Source: an uncultured Verrucomicrobiae bacterium (GTDB taxonomy: Bacteria; Chlamydiota; Chlamydiia; Chlamydiales; Rhabdochlamydiaceae). Taken from it: a stretch of DNA of 64,000 bases. The position numbers were made by a program, and so were the translations under genes. Positions 40,698 to 50,574 of this stretch are shown piece by piece; within the stretch, counting starts at the first letter, position 1, and every line of letters starts with the position of its first letter. A model generated the notes under the pieces. The model worked only from the letters and a program-made list of their open reading frames with translations. It did no database searches and had not been told where the DNA came from. The stretch is taken from contig CAWDYW010000001.1 in NCBI GenBank assembly GCA_963806855.1, positions 864,001-928,000 on the forward strand, written 5' to 3'.

Positions 40698-40914
40698 GGG
40701 CTTAAGCAACATCTGCAAAAGCAGTTTTGAACTTGCTCACTATGCAATTCAGCTCGCTCGCTATTTCATCGAATCGGGCAGAGAAGCGCAACTGAAGGAT
40801 ATCTTGCTGCAGATCAAGAAACATCCCGATCCGGAGAAGTATCTCGACGAGCTCAGGACAATCGATACAATTGAAAAGAGGACAAAACCGAAAGAAGTAA
40901 CACCTTATGAGTGA
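40675..40914 (+). CDS. Small protein, probable divergent RNA polymerase omega subunit
   Basis: 79 aa between gmk and metG (gmk-rpoZ synteny); 'S.FEL..YAI..A' resembles omega helix. Confidence 0.55.
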   Translation: MTDTLTNEGLSNICKSSFELAHYAIQLARYFIESGREAQLKDILLQIKKHPDPEKYLDELRTIDTIEKRTKPKEVTPYE

Positions 40915-42919
40915 AAAGATTCTGATCACATCGGCACTCCCCTATGCAAATGGCCCCCTTCACTTCGGCCATATCGCCGGAGCTTATCTCCCAGGGGACT
41001 GCTATGCCCGCTTTCAGCGCTTGCAGGGTAACGATGTGCTCTTTCTTTGCGGCTCTGACGAGTATGGCATGCCCATCACCATCAATGCTGAAGCTGCTGG
41101 TCGCACTCCACATGAACATGTCGACATTTATCACGCCATCATCAAAGCTTTTTTCGAAAAACTTGAGATTTCCTTCGATCACTACTCCCGCACCTCATGG
41201 CCTGGCCACGTCGAAACAGTCCAACAGTACTTTAAGGACCTACTCGCAAATGGCCATATCGAAGAGAAAGTGACCGATCAGCTCTATTCAGAAAAAGATG
41301 GTCGCTTCCTCGCCGATCGGTATGTAGTCGGCACCTGCCCCAAATGCGGCTTCACCGAGGCGCGCGGCGACGAATGCCAGCGGTGCGGGGCCAGCTATGA
41401 GGCGACCGACCTCAAAAACCCCCGTTCCAAGATCTCAGGAGCCCCGCTGATCCTCAAGCCGACCAAGCACTGGTTTTTGCGCTTTGACCACTTTAAGGAC
41501 AAGCTGAACGACTGGATCGAGCAAAAGAATTGGAAACCCAACGTCGTCAACTTCGCCAAATCGTACATCAATGAGCTACACCCCCGTGCAATTACCCGCG
41601 ATTCGACCTGGGGTGTCCCGATCCCTCTTCCCGGCACCGAAGGCAAAGTCTTTTACGTTTGGTTCGATGCGCCAATTGGCTACATCTCCGCCACTCGCGA
41701 TTGGGCCGAAAAAACCGGCGACAAACAAGCTTGGAAAAACTATTGGTGCGACCCCAAGACCAAACTCATCCAGTTCGTCGGCAAAGACAACATTCCGTTC
41801 CATGCCGTCTTCTTCCCTGCGATGACCATGGGCCAAAATGCCCCCTACAAACTAGTCGACGAGCTTCCCGCCAATGAATTCCTCAATCTCGAAGGGAGAC
41901 AATTTAGCAAATCGGATAATTGGACCATCGACCTCGAGCGGTTTTTCACCGAATTCACCGCAGACCAGATCCGGTATTTCCTTGCCGCCAATGCGCCCGA
42001 GACCCAAGATTCAGAATTCACCTGGAAAGAGTTTCAGCAGCGGTGCAATGCTGAACTGCTCGGCAAATTTGGAAACCTAGCCAACCGGACCCTCGTCTTT
42101 GCCCAGAAAAATTGCAATGGCAAAGCCCCCAAAATGGACCTCGAGCCCGAAGACCGAGAATTTTTAGACCGAATCAAAGCCCTCGTCGAAGAGATCAAAG
42201 AGGCCTATAGTACCTTCCACCTACGTAAAGCGACCCAACTGATCATGGAGCTCGCCACCCTGGGCAACGTCTATTTCGATGGAAAAAAACCTTGGAAAAG
42301 CCCCACACCTGAAACGACCGTCGGCGCCTGCCTGCAATGCCTCAAAGCGCTCGCCCTCGTCGCTTCGCCGATCATCCCCGCCACCGCCCAAAAATTGTGG
42401 CAAATGCTAGGGCTTACAACAGAATTAGCAACCTTAAACTGGACCCAAATCATGAACGAATCGATCCACCCCGGGACCGTGCTTCCCACCCCAGAGCCTC
42501 TCTTCAAGAAAGTAGAAGATGAGGTGATCGCCAAAGAAGAGGCCCTCCTTCAGGCCAACCTTCCCAAGCCTCAAGCCACCTACTTGCCCCTGAAACCTGA
42601 AATCGTCATCGATCAGTTTAGCAATATCGATCTGCGCGTTGGAGAAGTCCTCGCAGTTGAGCCAGTCCCCAAGAGTAAGAAATTGCTCAAGTTCCTCGTC
42701 GACCTCGGCTTTGAAAAACGGACCATCCTCTCCGGCATTGCCCAACATTACCCTGATCCCCAAGTTCTGCTAGGGAAAAAAGTGGTCGTCGTCGCTAACC
42801 TCAAACCCGCCAAGCTGATGGGCATCGAAAGCCAGGGGATGATCCTCTCGGCCCTCTCAGGCGACCAGCTCGAAATTCTAGAGCTAAAATCGGTAAAGCC
42901 AGGGGACGAAATCCGTTAA
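40907..42919 (+). CDS. metG: Methionine--tRNA ligase
   Basis: ALPYANG.LHFGH, zinc knuckle, YVWFDA, GKDN..FH, FSKS, C-terminal tRNA-binding domain. Confidence 0.97.
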   Translation: MSEKILITSALPYANGPLHFGHIAGAYLPGDCYARFQRLQGNDVLFLCGSDEYGMPITINAEAAGRTPHEHVDIYHAIIKAFFEKLEISFDHYSRTSWPGHVETVQQYFKDLLANGHIEEKVTDQLYSEKDGRFLADRYVVGTCPKCGFTEARGDECQRCGASYEATDLKNPRSKISGAPLILKPTKHWFLRFDHFKDKLNDWIEQKNWKPNVVNFAKSYINELHPRAITRDSTWGVPIPLPGTEGKVFYVWFDAPIGYISATRDWAEKTGDKQAWKNYWCDPKTKLIQFVGKDNIPFHAVFFPAMTMGQNAPYKLVDELPANEFLNLEGRQFSKSDNWTIDLERFFTEFTADQIRYFLAANAPETQDSEFTWKEFQQRCNAELLGKFGNLANRTLVFAQKNCNGKAPKMDLEPEDREFLDRIKALVEEIKEAYSTFHLRKATQLIMELATLGNVYFDGKKPWKSPTPETTVGACLQCLKALALVASPIIPATAQKLWQMLGLTTELATLNWTQIMNESIHPGTVLPTPEPLFKKVEDEVIAKEEALLQANLPKPQATYLPLKPEIVIDQFSNIDLRVGEVLAVEPVPKSKKLLKFLVDLGFEKRTILSGIAQHYPDPQVLLGKKVVVVANLKPAKLMGIESQGMILSALSGDQLEILELKSVKPGDEIR

Positions 42920-42933
42920 ACCAATGAGGGTGC

Positions 42934-43344
42934 ATGGCCCATATCTCCTATTCAGAAAATGGGAATAATCCGTTAACACAGCTTTTGGGCCACAATCCCA
43001 TCTTGCTCAAGAACTGGATGACCTTGCTTAACAGTTTTTATGAAAGCTGCAGCTTCGACCCAGCCCTACAGGAAGAAGTGCGCCGGGCAATTGCCTACCA
43101 AATTGGCTGCGCCTACTGCATGTCGCACGGCTGCCCCGCACCAGTGATTACCGATCCGAAAACCAAAACTGCCGTCGACTTCGCCAAAAAAGTCGCTCGA
43201 ACTGAGCAGCAAATTACTCAGCAAGACATCGCAATATTGAAAGGCTATTTCACCGAAAAAGAGATCGCCGAACTCACTGCTTTCATCTGCTATGGTATCG
43301 GGTTGGCACGTTTCGGCGCCGCACTCAACGTCGATGTATATTGA
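42934..43344 (+). CDS. Carboxymuconolactone decarboxylase / AhpD-like protein
   Basis: GCAYC..H motif, F...EI.EL. Confidence 0.8.
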   Translation: MAHISYSENGNNPLTQLLGHNPILLKNWMTLLNSFYESCSFDPALQEEVRRAIAYQIGCAYCMSHGCPAPVITDPKTKTAVDFAKKVARTEQQITQQDIAILKGYFTEKEIAELTAFICYGIGLARFGAALNVDVY

Positions 43345-43364
43345 AACACCAAGGTGCAAAGAAA

Positions 43365-43748
43365 TCATTTTTTTACTTTGCTTTTTAAGCTAAGAATTCC
43401 AAGAGCAAAGCAAGATAGGCAGAGTCCCCCATCGCGCACTGCATCGTCGTAAATGCCTGCCATGAGAAGATTGATGACAATGAGAAGAAGCCAGAAGGAG
43501 AGAATGAAGGCAAAAACTCTTGAGTAAAAGAGGATGCCTATGCCTAAAAGAATTTCAAAAATGCCGACAGCTTGCATGAATGGCTCGCTATAATTCTTAA
43601 GAATTTCTTTGGCAGTGGGAGAGAGGTAGTGAACCCAATTCATCTCGAGAATGTGAAAAAATTTATCTAAGCCCATCAGAATGGGTACAAAAATAAAAGC
43701 GATTTGTAAAATACGAAAAGCGATGCTGGATACTCTCATAACTTTCAT
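43365..43748 (-). CDS. DoxX-like small membrane protein
   Basis: GLDKF, VG.FEI..G, AVRD.GL; 4 TM. Confidence 0.7.
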   Translation of the reverse strand: MKVMRVSSIAFRILQIAFIFVPILMGLDKFFHILEMNWVHYLSPTAKEILKNYSEPFMQAVGIFEILLGIGILFYSRVFAFILSFWLLLIVINLLMAGIYDDAVRDGGLCLSCFALGILSLKSKVKK

Positions 43749-43834
43749 ATAAAAATTACTTTAATTTACTTTCAAGTAGAATAATCAGATGCTGATAAAT
43801 TACACCGATTCTTCAGGTTGTTTCGATATATCTC

Positions 43835-44791
43835 CTATGCGTGCACTTCGAGAATCACTTTCCCTCGGACATGGCCAGATTGAACTAAGCGGTGGGCATT
43901 TGCCGCATCTTTTAGAGGGAAAGTTGCTCCGATATGCACTTTTATTTTACCCTCACTTAGCAGTTTGCCAATTTCAGAAAGCTGATGTGAATTTGGGGCT
44001 ACCACAAGACCTTCACCTCGCACTCCATAGTCAGTAGCTTGTTTAATGCGTTCAAAGTCTACGACTGAGACCACAATGCCGCCCTTTTTAGTAACTTCAA
44101 AAGATTTCAGCAGTATATCGCCGCCTAGTGTGTCAAGGACTACGTCCACATCTTTTACCACTTTTTCAAAAGGTGTACTTGTGTAATCAATCACTTCATC
44201 GACACCTAAACTGCGTAAAAACTCCTTATTTTTAGCAGAAGCAGTGCCGATTACATGCGCGCCTTTCCACTTCGCCAGCTGCACTGCCAGATGTCCTATA
44301 CCACCCGCAGCGGCGTGTATGAGTATTTTTTGTCCGGCAGCGAGATGTGCCACATCAAAAAGCGCTTGCCACGCCGTCAAGCCATTCATGCTTGCAGCAG
44401 CAGCTTGGTTATAGCTGATCGAAGCCGGTTTAAGTGCAGCTTCATTTTCTTTGAGCGCAGTATACAGAGCGTAACAACCGCCGTTACGATAGACACTAGA
44501 GTGGGCAAAAATTGGGCTGCCTTCTTTAAACTTAGAGATATTTGCGCCGATGGCTACCACAATGCCAGATAAGTCCCACCCCAAAATAATCGGAAGAGGG
44601 TAAGATTCTTTATACCAGCCGTCGCGGACATGAAGATCAAAGGGACTGACTCCAGCGCTTTGGACACGCACTAATATTTCGTCAGCTTGTATCGAAGGAA
44701 TAGGCATTTCTTTGTATTGGAGAACTTCCGGACCGCCCCAATCCTCCATAACGATTGCTTTCATAGAGCTGCCTAACTTAGAAACACTCAT
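43835..44791 (-). CDS. NADP-dependent oxidoreductase (MDR/quinone oxidoreductase-like)
   Basis: GGPEVL, P.ILGWD.SG, TAWQAL, HAAAGGIG, GKVIL. Confidence 0.9.
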   Translation of the reverse strand: MSVSKLGSSMKAIVMEDWGGPEVLQYKEMPIPSIQADEILVRVQSAGVSPFDLHVRDGWYKESYPLPIILGWDLSGIVVAIGANISKFKEGSPIFAHSSVYRNGGCYALYTALKENEAALKPASISYNQAAAASMNGLTAWQALFDVAHLAAGQKILIHAAAGGIGHLAVQLAKWKGAHVIGTASAKNKEFLRSLGVDEVIDYTSTPFEKVVKDVDVVLDTLGGDILLKSFEVTKKGGIVVSVVDFERIKQATDYGVRGEGLVVAPNSHQLSEIGKLLSEGKIKVHIGATFPLKDAANAHRLVQSGHVRGKVILEVHA

Positions 44792-44936
44792 AATTTACCT
44801 CCTCTTGAATCCTCAACATACTACACCCTATAAAAACCGATACAAGCAGTCAAATCAAAAATAATTATGCATTTTTCTGGTTGAGCTTGACAGTATCTTG
44901 GGATTTTGTTTTTCTAATCGTGGAAGGAGAGGGGGA

Positions 44937-45593
44937 ATGGAAACGATTTTGTGCTATGGAGATTCCAATGTACGGGGGACAATCCCAGGCCCTTCCCTCG
45001 ATGATGCGGGACTAATAAAACCCAGATTCTCCAAAGATGAACGATGGACGGGTATTCTCCAAAAAAAGCTGGGCGATGATTACAACGTCGTCGAAGAGGG
45101 GATAGGCGGAAGAACCACAACGCTCGATGACATCGTGCGAGGAAGACCCTATCGTAATGGTCTTAAGGACCTTCCTTTTTGCCTGGAAACACATTATCCG
45201 ATCGATCTTGTTATTTTTCTACTCGGAACTAATGATATGCAGCTTGCATACAATCGTTCAACGCAACAAATTGGGGAGGGAATGAGACAATTGGTTAGGA
45301 TCGTTCACAGTTGCAATAAAGGTCCGGCTATGAAGCCTCCTAAAGTATTAGTCATCTCGCCACAACCCATCATCGACATACCCGATTTGCACCCTCAGTT
45401 CAAAGGCGAAGCTATTGAGAAGTCCAAAGCATTGGCAGAGGTCTATCGACGCATAAGTCAGGAAGAAGGATGCGAGTTCTTAGATGCTGCCCTTCTGATC
45501 ACTTCAAGCAAAATAGATGGAATTCACTTAGACAGGTCATCTTGCCTTGTTCTAGGACAGGCGGTCTACCAAAAAGTGCATCAAATGCATTAG
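44937..45593 (+). CDS. SGNH/GDSL hydrolase
   Basis: ILCYGDSN, EEG.GGRTT, LGTND, DGIH. Confidence 0.92.
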   Translation: METILCYGDSNVRGTIPGPSLDDAGLIKPRFSKDERWTGILQKKLGDDYNVVEEGIGGRTTTLDDIVRGRPYRNGLKDLPFCLETHYPIDLVIFLLGTNDMQLAYNRSTQQIGEGMRQLVRIVHSCNKGPAMKPPKVLVISPQPIIDIPDLHPQFKGEAIEKSKALAEVYRRISQEEGCEFLDAALLITSSKIDGIHLDRSSCLVLGQAVYQKVHQMH

Positions 45594-45600
45594 ATTACCC

Positions 45601-46521
45601 TCATTTTTCTACGCTCATCCATTCGAGTGGTCTTGGTAGAAAACCGAGCTCTTCCTTAGCCTTTGCATTTGAGGCGCCGCGCAGCTGCATTGCATAATAG
45701 ACAGAATCTGGGCCGTTGATGCGCAGCTCTTCTTCGACCGTTCTCTTAGGAGGAGAGGGGGCCCCAAGCCATCGCGCATAGGCCGGAAGCCATACCGACA
45801 GTTTTAGAGGAGTATCATTAGTGATATTGTATGCGCCAGGCTTACCATGTAAGGCCAGGGCAACGCCATTTGCGGCATCCCCTACATGCACGAAATTCCA
45901 AATTCCATGTCCCTCTCCAACTATGTGATAACTTTTGCTTCGCACCTGATCGGCCATGTTCCCATCAGGAGCATACCAGGTTCCCGGACCATAGAAAAAA
46001 CCGAAACGTAAAGCGACACCCTCGATATTTTCTGCTTGAAGTACACGTTTTTCAATTTCTGCATATACTTTTACTCCTTCGGCGATCCCAGGAGAAGCAT
46101 TAAATGCAAAAGGAGCCTCTTCATTAGCAAGTCCAGGACCGGGACCATACAAAAAAGCGCTTGATTGAACCATATAACGCTTTGTCCCTACTATTTGGGC
46201 AGCCTTCTGTAGGTTTGCGCCCCCTTCAATACGCAATTTTTTGTTTAGATCTTTCGCCTCTCGCATCGCTTGAGGGGTATAGACTTTAGGCAGAGATGTT
46301 AGCATCTCAATGATGACTTCAGGTTGCACAAATTTTACTGCCTCTAAGATGGACGTCGCGTTAAGTGCATCCGCGATAATAGGTGTCGCACCCAAATCCA
46401 AAATTTGTTGGGCACGTTCTTTAGAACGAGACATTCCAAACACTTCATGGCCATCAGCAAGTAAGCGGGCAACAAGAGGCTGGCCGATAGCTCCGGTTGC
46501 GCCAGCAATAAAAATTCTCAT
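45601..46521 (-). CDS. NAD-dependent epimerase/dehydratase family protein
   Basis: MRIFIAGATGAIG, LRFG.FYGPG, FVHV.DAA; start moved to ATG 46521. Confidence 0.88.
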   Translation of the reverse strand: MRIFIAGATGAIGQPLVARLLADGHEVFGMSRSKERAQQILDLGATPIIADALNATSILEAVKFVQPEVIIEMLTSLPKVYTPQAMREAKDLNKKLRIEGGANLQKAAQIVGTKRYMVQSSAFLYGPGPGLANEEAPFAFNASPGIAEGVKVYAEIEKRVLQAENIEGVALRFGFFYGPGTWYAPDGNMADQVRSKSYHIVGEGHGIWNFVHVGDAANGVALALHGKPGAYNITNDTPLKLSVWLPAYARWLGAPSPPKRTVEEELRINGPDSVYYAMQLRGASNAKAKEELGFLPRPLEWMSVEK

Positions 46522-46696
46522 TTTATTAGGGACGTATCTCTTCATAAGCCAAAAGCCCTGGTTCTCCAGAAAGTCTAAAGTTACATATATGGCATTTGAT
46601 ATAGAAGTCTTTTTTTGCCATGAAGGGTATCCTGCTAACCCAACTGTTATACTGCGGCGGCTTAGGTTTTGGCCATATTTTGCTATAGCTCTTGAA

Positions 46697-46867
46697 ATAT
46701 ACTCCTTCCGGTTCAATCGTACCCATTTGGGCTGAATTGAAAGCTCCCGCGGTTGAATTATTTTGATTGGGTTTGTATTAAATTCAATACTAGCCCAATC
46801 AAAATAAATTCAACCCCGGGGCTTTGAATCAGCCGAAATGGGTACGCTTGAAACGGAAGTACTATAT
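46697..46867. repeat. Long palindromic element E3 (171 bp)
   Basis: cttccggttcaatcgtacccattt...aaatgggtacgcttgaaacggaag; inner aaagctcccgcggttgaa/ttcaaccccggggcttt. Confidence 0.9.
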
Positions 46868-46885
46868 ACCGGTATTAGCAGAGAT

Positions 46886-47070
46886 ATGTTTGAGCAACTC
46901 TTTGGCAGTAAGGTGCTTGAGAAAATCCTATTTTATATGATCGTCAATGAAAAGTGTTTTGCTTCTGAACATTAGAAAGCTCCCGAGAAAAAAGGGTAAA
47001 CCGTTAAGAAACAGGAAATTGATTGGAAGAGTATAGAGACTAAAGAACTTGCCGGTCTGATTTATGACCC
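46886..47070 (+). pseudogene. Collapsed remnant of a two-gene module (wHTH-like plus downstream partner)
   Basis: MFEQLFGSKVLEKILFYMIVNEKCFASE* then RKLPRKKGKPL and EIDWKSIETKELAGLIY in other frames; cut by E4. Confidence 0.45.
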
Positions 47071-47219
47071 TATCCGCAATGTAGAGGGAAAAATCTGGGG
47101 AATCTTTCGAGCGCTTTTTTTGCTCATCTCCTCGAAAATATTCATGAAATTCCCTCGTCGAAGATCAAAAAAATCTTCTTGAAATCTCCTCCCATCTTTT
47201 TTCCTCTACATTGCGGATA
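47071..47219. repeat. Degenerate palindromic/MITE-like element E4 (149 bp)
   Basis: Perfect 17-bp terminal IR tatccgcaatgtagagg / cctctacattgcggata; partly complementary interior. Confidence 0.8.
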
Positions 47220-47358
47220 CTTTTCCCCCATCAGCATCTCGATGCCAGTGCGTTAAGACTGATCTTGGACTAGGCGTTGCATTCTAAGCCACAGAAGATT
47301 GCCTTAAAAATTTTCGTTTATTATATATCGAATACCTACTGATAAACCTAGGATTCAT

Positions 47359-50300
47359 ATGTATTGGAAAAAAACGTTAGCTTCACTCGTCTGTTTGACC
47401 TCGTCTTCGATGCTTTATTCTGATCAAAATGTCACGACTAGTACTCAGTTGCAGAATGCGATTGTTACTTATGCCAATACAGGGGCAGATACAACCATTA
47501 ATTTCACAGCTTCCCCCATTGATTTAACAGTTGCTTTCGGAGCACCAAATCTACGTCCGCTCAATGTGATGAACAACTTTACTCCGACTGCTTTTCCCAT
47601 CACGATTAATGGCAATGGTAACATGCTCAGCAGTGGTGGCTTGGGTACCCCGCATCGAGGTTTTTTTGTCCGTGGAGGGAACGTTACGCTAAATAACATC
47701 GTCTTTAATCAATTGGCAAGTGTAGGGGGGAATGGGGGAAGTTCAGGCGGCGGTGGTGGAGCTGGAATCGGTGGAGCTTTGATTGTCGGAAGTGGATCTA
47801 ATGTGACTGCAGTGAATTGTGTTTTCCAGAACTCGATTGCACAAGGTGGAACTGGTGGTCCTGCTGGAAATGCCGCGATCAATGGTCAAGGTGGTGGCGG
47901 GGGCGGCGGTTTAGTCGGTGCAGGTGGAATTGGTTCTGATTATAGTGCCGCAGGAGGTGGGGGTTTAGATCATAGTGGTGGCAGTGCAACGACCCCCGGG
48001 GCTGATCTTTATAACGGCGGCGGTGGCGGTGGTGTAGGAAATAATGGAGGTGATGAATCTTCTTCTTCAGATCCGAATGCAGGATTCGGTGGCGGTGATT
48101 ATAGCGGAGCAGTTGGTGGCGCCGGGGGCATTTTTGCAGTGACATCACCCCCTAGAGATGGAATCATGGGGCCTCCTGGTGGCGGTGGAGGCGGCGGATA
48201 TCAATGTTGTAGCTCGACATTTGGGTGTTTTTGTGGACCAATTGCTGCTGGGAAAGGTGGCGATGGCAACATTGGGGGTGGAGGCGGCGCCGGAGGTGCG
48301 GGAGATGCCAATACCAGTAGCGGTGGAAAGGGCGGAGACTTTGGAGGAGGAGGAGCGGGGAATAATGGTGCTCCTGGAGGTAAGGGTGGTTTTTGCGGAG
48401 GCGGTGGCTGTGGAGGAGTTAGTTTCACGGGTAGCCTCAATAACCCTGCTGGAGCTGGTGGCGGTAGTGTTTTTGGAGGAGGTGGCGGCGGTGGCGGTGG
48501 TGCCAATACTGGCGGACCTTTTCCTGGTGGCTTAGGTGGTATACACGGTTTTGGAGGTGGGGATGGCTCTCCAGGGGCCGTTAGTGGGCCTGATGTGAGT
48601 GGTTATTATCCTAATGGTGCTGGTGGTGGTGGAGCTGGATTTGGGGGAGCGATCTTTATTCAAACTGGGGGCGCACTGGCTCTTCAAAACAATGTAAGTT
48701 TCACCGGAAATTCAGTGGCAGGTGGTGCCGGAGGTGCTGCATCTGGTGGAGCATCTGCAGGAATGAATGGATCTGGCGCTGGCTCTGATATTTTTATGAT
48801 GTCTGGTTCTAATCTCTCTTTTGATATTTCTAATAACGTCGCTTTGCAAAATCCCATCGAAGGAGATCAAGGTGCTGGAGGAGGGAGTACGTCAGCCGGC
48901 GGCCTTACCAAGAGCGGCCCTGCTCTGCTTCAGTTGTCTGGTGCCAATACTTATACCGGGATTACCAATGTCCAAGCGGGTACGCTCCAAATCGGCACCT
49001 CGGTTGTCACTGATGTTGAAGTGCAATCAGGAGCAACTTTAACCGGCACTTTCTCAATTTTTCCAAATACAGCTGGAACAAATAATGGGAATCTAACCAA
49101 TTCTGGTACAGTTTCTCCAGGAGTCAATCAGTTAGGAGTGATCACCATCAGCGGTAATTTCATCAATAACTCCAATGGAACACTTGCAATTGGCATTACC
49201 CCTAGTGGGACTAATGGCAGCTTGTTTCTCCCTACCGGAACTTCCTTATTAAATGGAGGGATTCTAGAGGTATTCGTCAACTCGGGCGCTTATACCGATG
49301 GGACACAATATACAGTCATTAATTCCCCCACAATAGGGACATTTGCACAGCTTGTCCAAACTGGCCCCATGGCCAATCGGCTCGTCATCGATGTCGCCTA
49401 TAGCAGTGTGGTCTTGACCATCCGCAACAATCCCATTTTTAACCCCGCAGTCATCACATCGAGTGTGGCTCGGGCAGTGGCCAATTGTATCACCAGCGCC
49501 CTTCCCTTTACCGACCCCGATTTTGCTGCAGTGGTCCAGAACATAGGAAGACTTAGCAATAGCCAGATTAATCGAGCTCTAATTGATCTTTCGCCTGTCA
49601 ATTATGGAGCATTGGACTGGATCAATGAACGGAACAATAATTATCTCGCCGATATCTTATCTGAGCGGCTCTTTGAACTCTGTTGCAGCCCACGAGATTG
49701 CTGTAGCTGCGATTGCAACCGTTCGGTTTGGATCGATGTCTTTGTCAATCTGATGAATAATTCTAAGCACTATGACAACTTAAGCCCTTTTGATGCGAAT
49801 GCAGTAGGGGTGGCTACTGGACTTGACTATTGCTTTAATTCTTTTACATTGGGCGCAGCATTTGCCTACACGCACACCTGGCTCAACTGGAAGCATCGTC
49901 ATGGCAATAGCGACATCAATAGCTACTACGGCGCTCTCTATGGTAACTACGAAGGGTGCTGGTTAAATGCCGATATTTCGTTCATTGGGGGCGGTAGCGA
50001 TCACCATTTGAAACGCAAAATCGATATTCGAGGAGCAGATGTATTAACCGGAGCACCGGTAGTCATCGACAGATCGGCTAAGAGCCATCCATGGGGCTAC
50101 TTCTTCACTGGACATCTGGGTCTTAGAACTGATTGGGATTGGTGCTGCACTACTATTGAACCATTTGGACTGATCGATTACAACTACTTCCAGCGCCAGA
50201 GTTTTAAAGAGCATGGAGCAGAAAGTCTCAATTTAAAGGTGAAACAACATACTCAAAACATGCTCCGCGGCGAAGCGGGTCTCAGAGCCTATCGCACTTG

Positions 50301-50574
50301 GGTTTGCGAGTGCTCCTGTTTCGCTCCCTATATCGGCCTCAGCTGGGTCGGAGAGTTCCCCTTAGGGCATTCTAAGCAAAAGGCGAGCTTCACCGGTCAG
50401 AGCTGTGTGATCGATGTGACTAGCTACCACTCTTCCATTCAACTCGCATCTCCTCAAGCAGGTGTGAAGTGGACTCAAAATAGTGGATTTTCATTCTTGG
50501 TGGGTTACAAAGGGCTCTACAATAGCAAGACCAGCATCAATGAAGTTGATGCAAGTGTAGAGTGGGTATTTTGA
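47359..50574 (+). CDS. Autotransporter with glycine-rich passenger
   Basis: Signal peptide; Gly-rich region; LTKSG...L.LSGANTYTG.T.V..GTL passenger repeat; C-terminal beta-barrel ending in aromatic F. Confidence 0.9.
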   Translation: MYWKKTLASLVCLTSSSMLYSDQNVTTSTQLQNAIVTYANTGADTTINFTASPIDLTVAFGAPNLRPLNVMNNFTPTAFPITINGNGNMLSSGGLGTPHRGFFVRGGNVTLNNIVFNQLASVGGNGGSSGGGGGAGIGGALIVGSGSNVTAVNCVFQNSIAQGGTGGPAGNAAINGQGGGGGGGLVGAGGIGSDYSAAGGGGLDHSGGSATTPGADLYNGGGGGGVGNNGGDESSSSDPNAGFGGGDYSGAVGGAGGIFAVTSPPRDGIMGPPGGGGGGGYQCCSSTFGCFCGPIAAGKGGDGNIGGGGGAGGAGDANTSSGGKGGDFGGGGAGNNGAPGGKGGFCGGGGCGGVSFTGSLNNPAGAGGGSVFGGGGGGGGGANTGGPFPGGLGGIHGFGGGDGSPGAVSGPDVSGYYPNGAGGGGAGFGGAIFIQTGGALALQNNVSFTGNSVAGGAGGAASGGASAGMNGSGAGSDIFMMSGSNLSFDISNNVALQNPIEGDQGAGGGSTSAGGLTKSGPALLQLSGANTYTGITNVQAGTLQIGTSVVTDVEVQSGATLTGTFSIFPNTAGTNNGNLTNSGTVSPGVNQLGVITISGNFINNSNGTLAIGITPSGTNGSLFLPTGTSLLNGGILEVFVNSGAYTDGTQYTVINSPTIGTFAQLVQTGPMANRLVIDVAYSSVVLTIRNNPIFNPAVITSSVARAVANCITSALPFTDPDFAAVVQNIGRLSNSQINRALIDLSPVNYGALDWINERNNNYLADILSERLFELCCSPRDCCSCDCNRSVWIDVFVNLMNNSKHYDNLSPFDANAVGVATGLDYCFNSFTLGAAFAYTHTWLNWKHRHGNSDINSYYGALYGNYEGCWLNADISFIGGGSDHHLKRKIDIRGADVLTGAPVVIDRSAKSHPWGYFFTGHLGLRTDWDWCCTTIEPFGLIDYNYFQRQSFKEHGAESLNLKVKQHTQNMLRGEAGLRAYRTWVCECSCFAPYIGLSWVGEFPLGHSKQKASFTGQSCVIDVTSYHSSIQLASPQAGVKWTQNSGFSFLVGYKGLYNSKTSINEVDASVEWVF

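Noticed and set aside
46522..46716. 65-aa N-terminal extension of the epimerase in the ORF track
   Set aside because: Starts at a TTG inside palindrome E3; the Rossmann motif begins at ATG 46521
47700..48900. GGN-rich low-complexity DNA and Pro-rich antisense ORFs
   Set aside because: By-product of glycine codons in the autotransporter passenger
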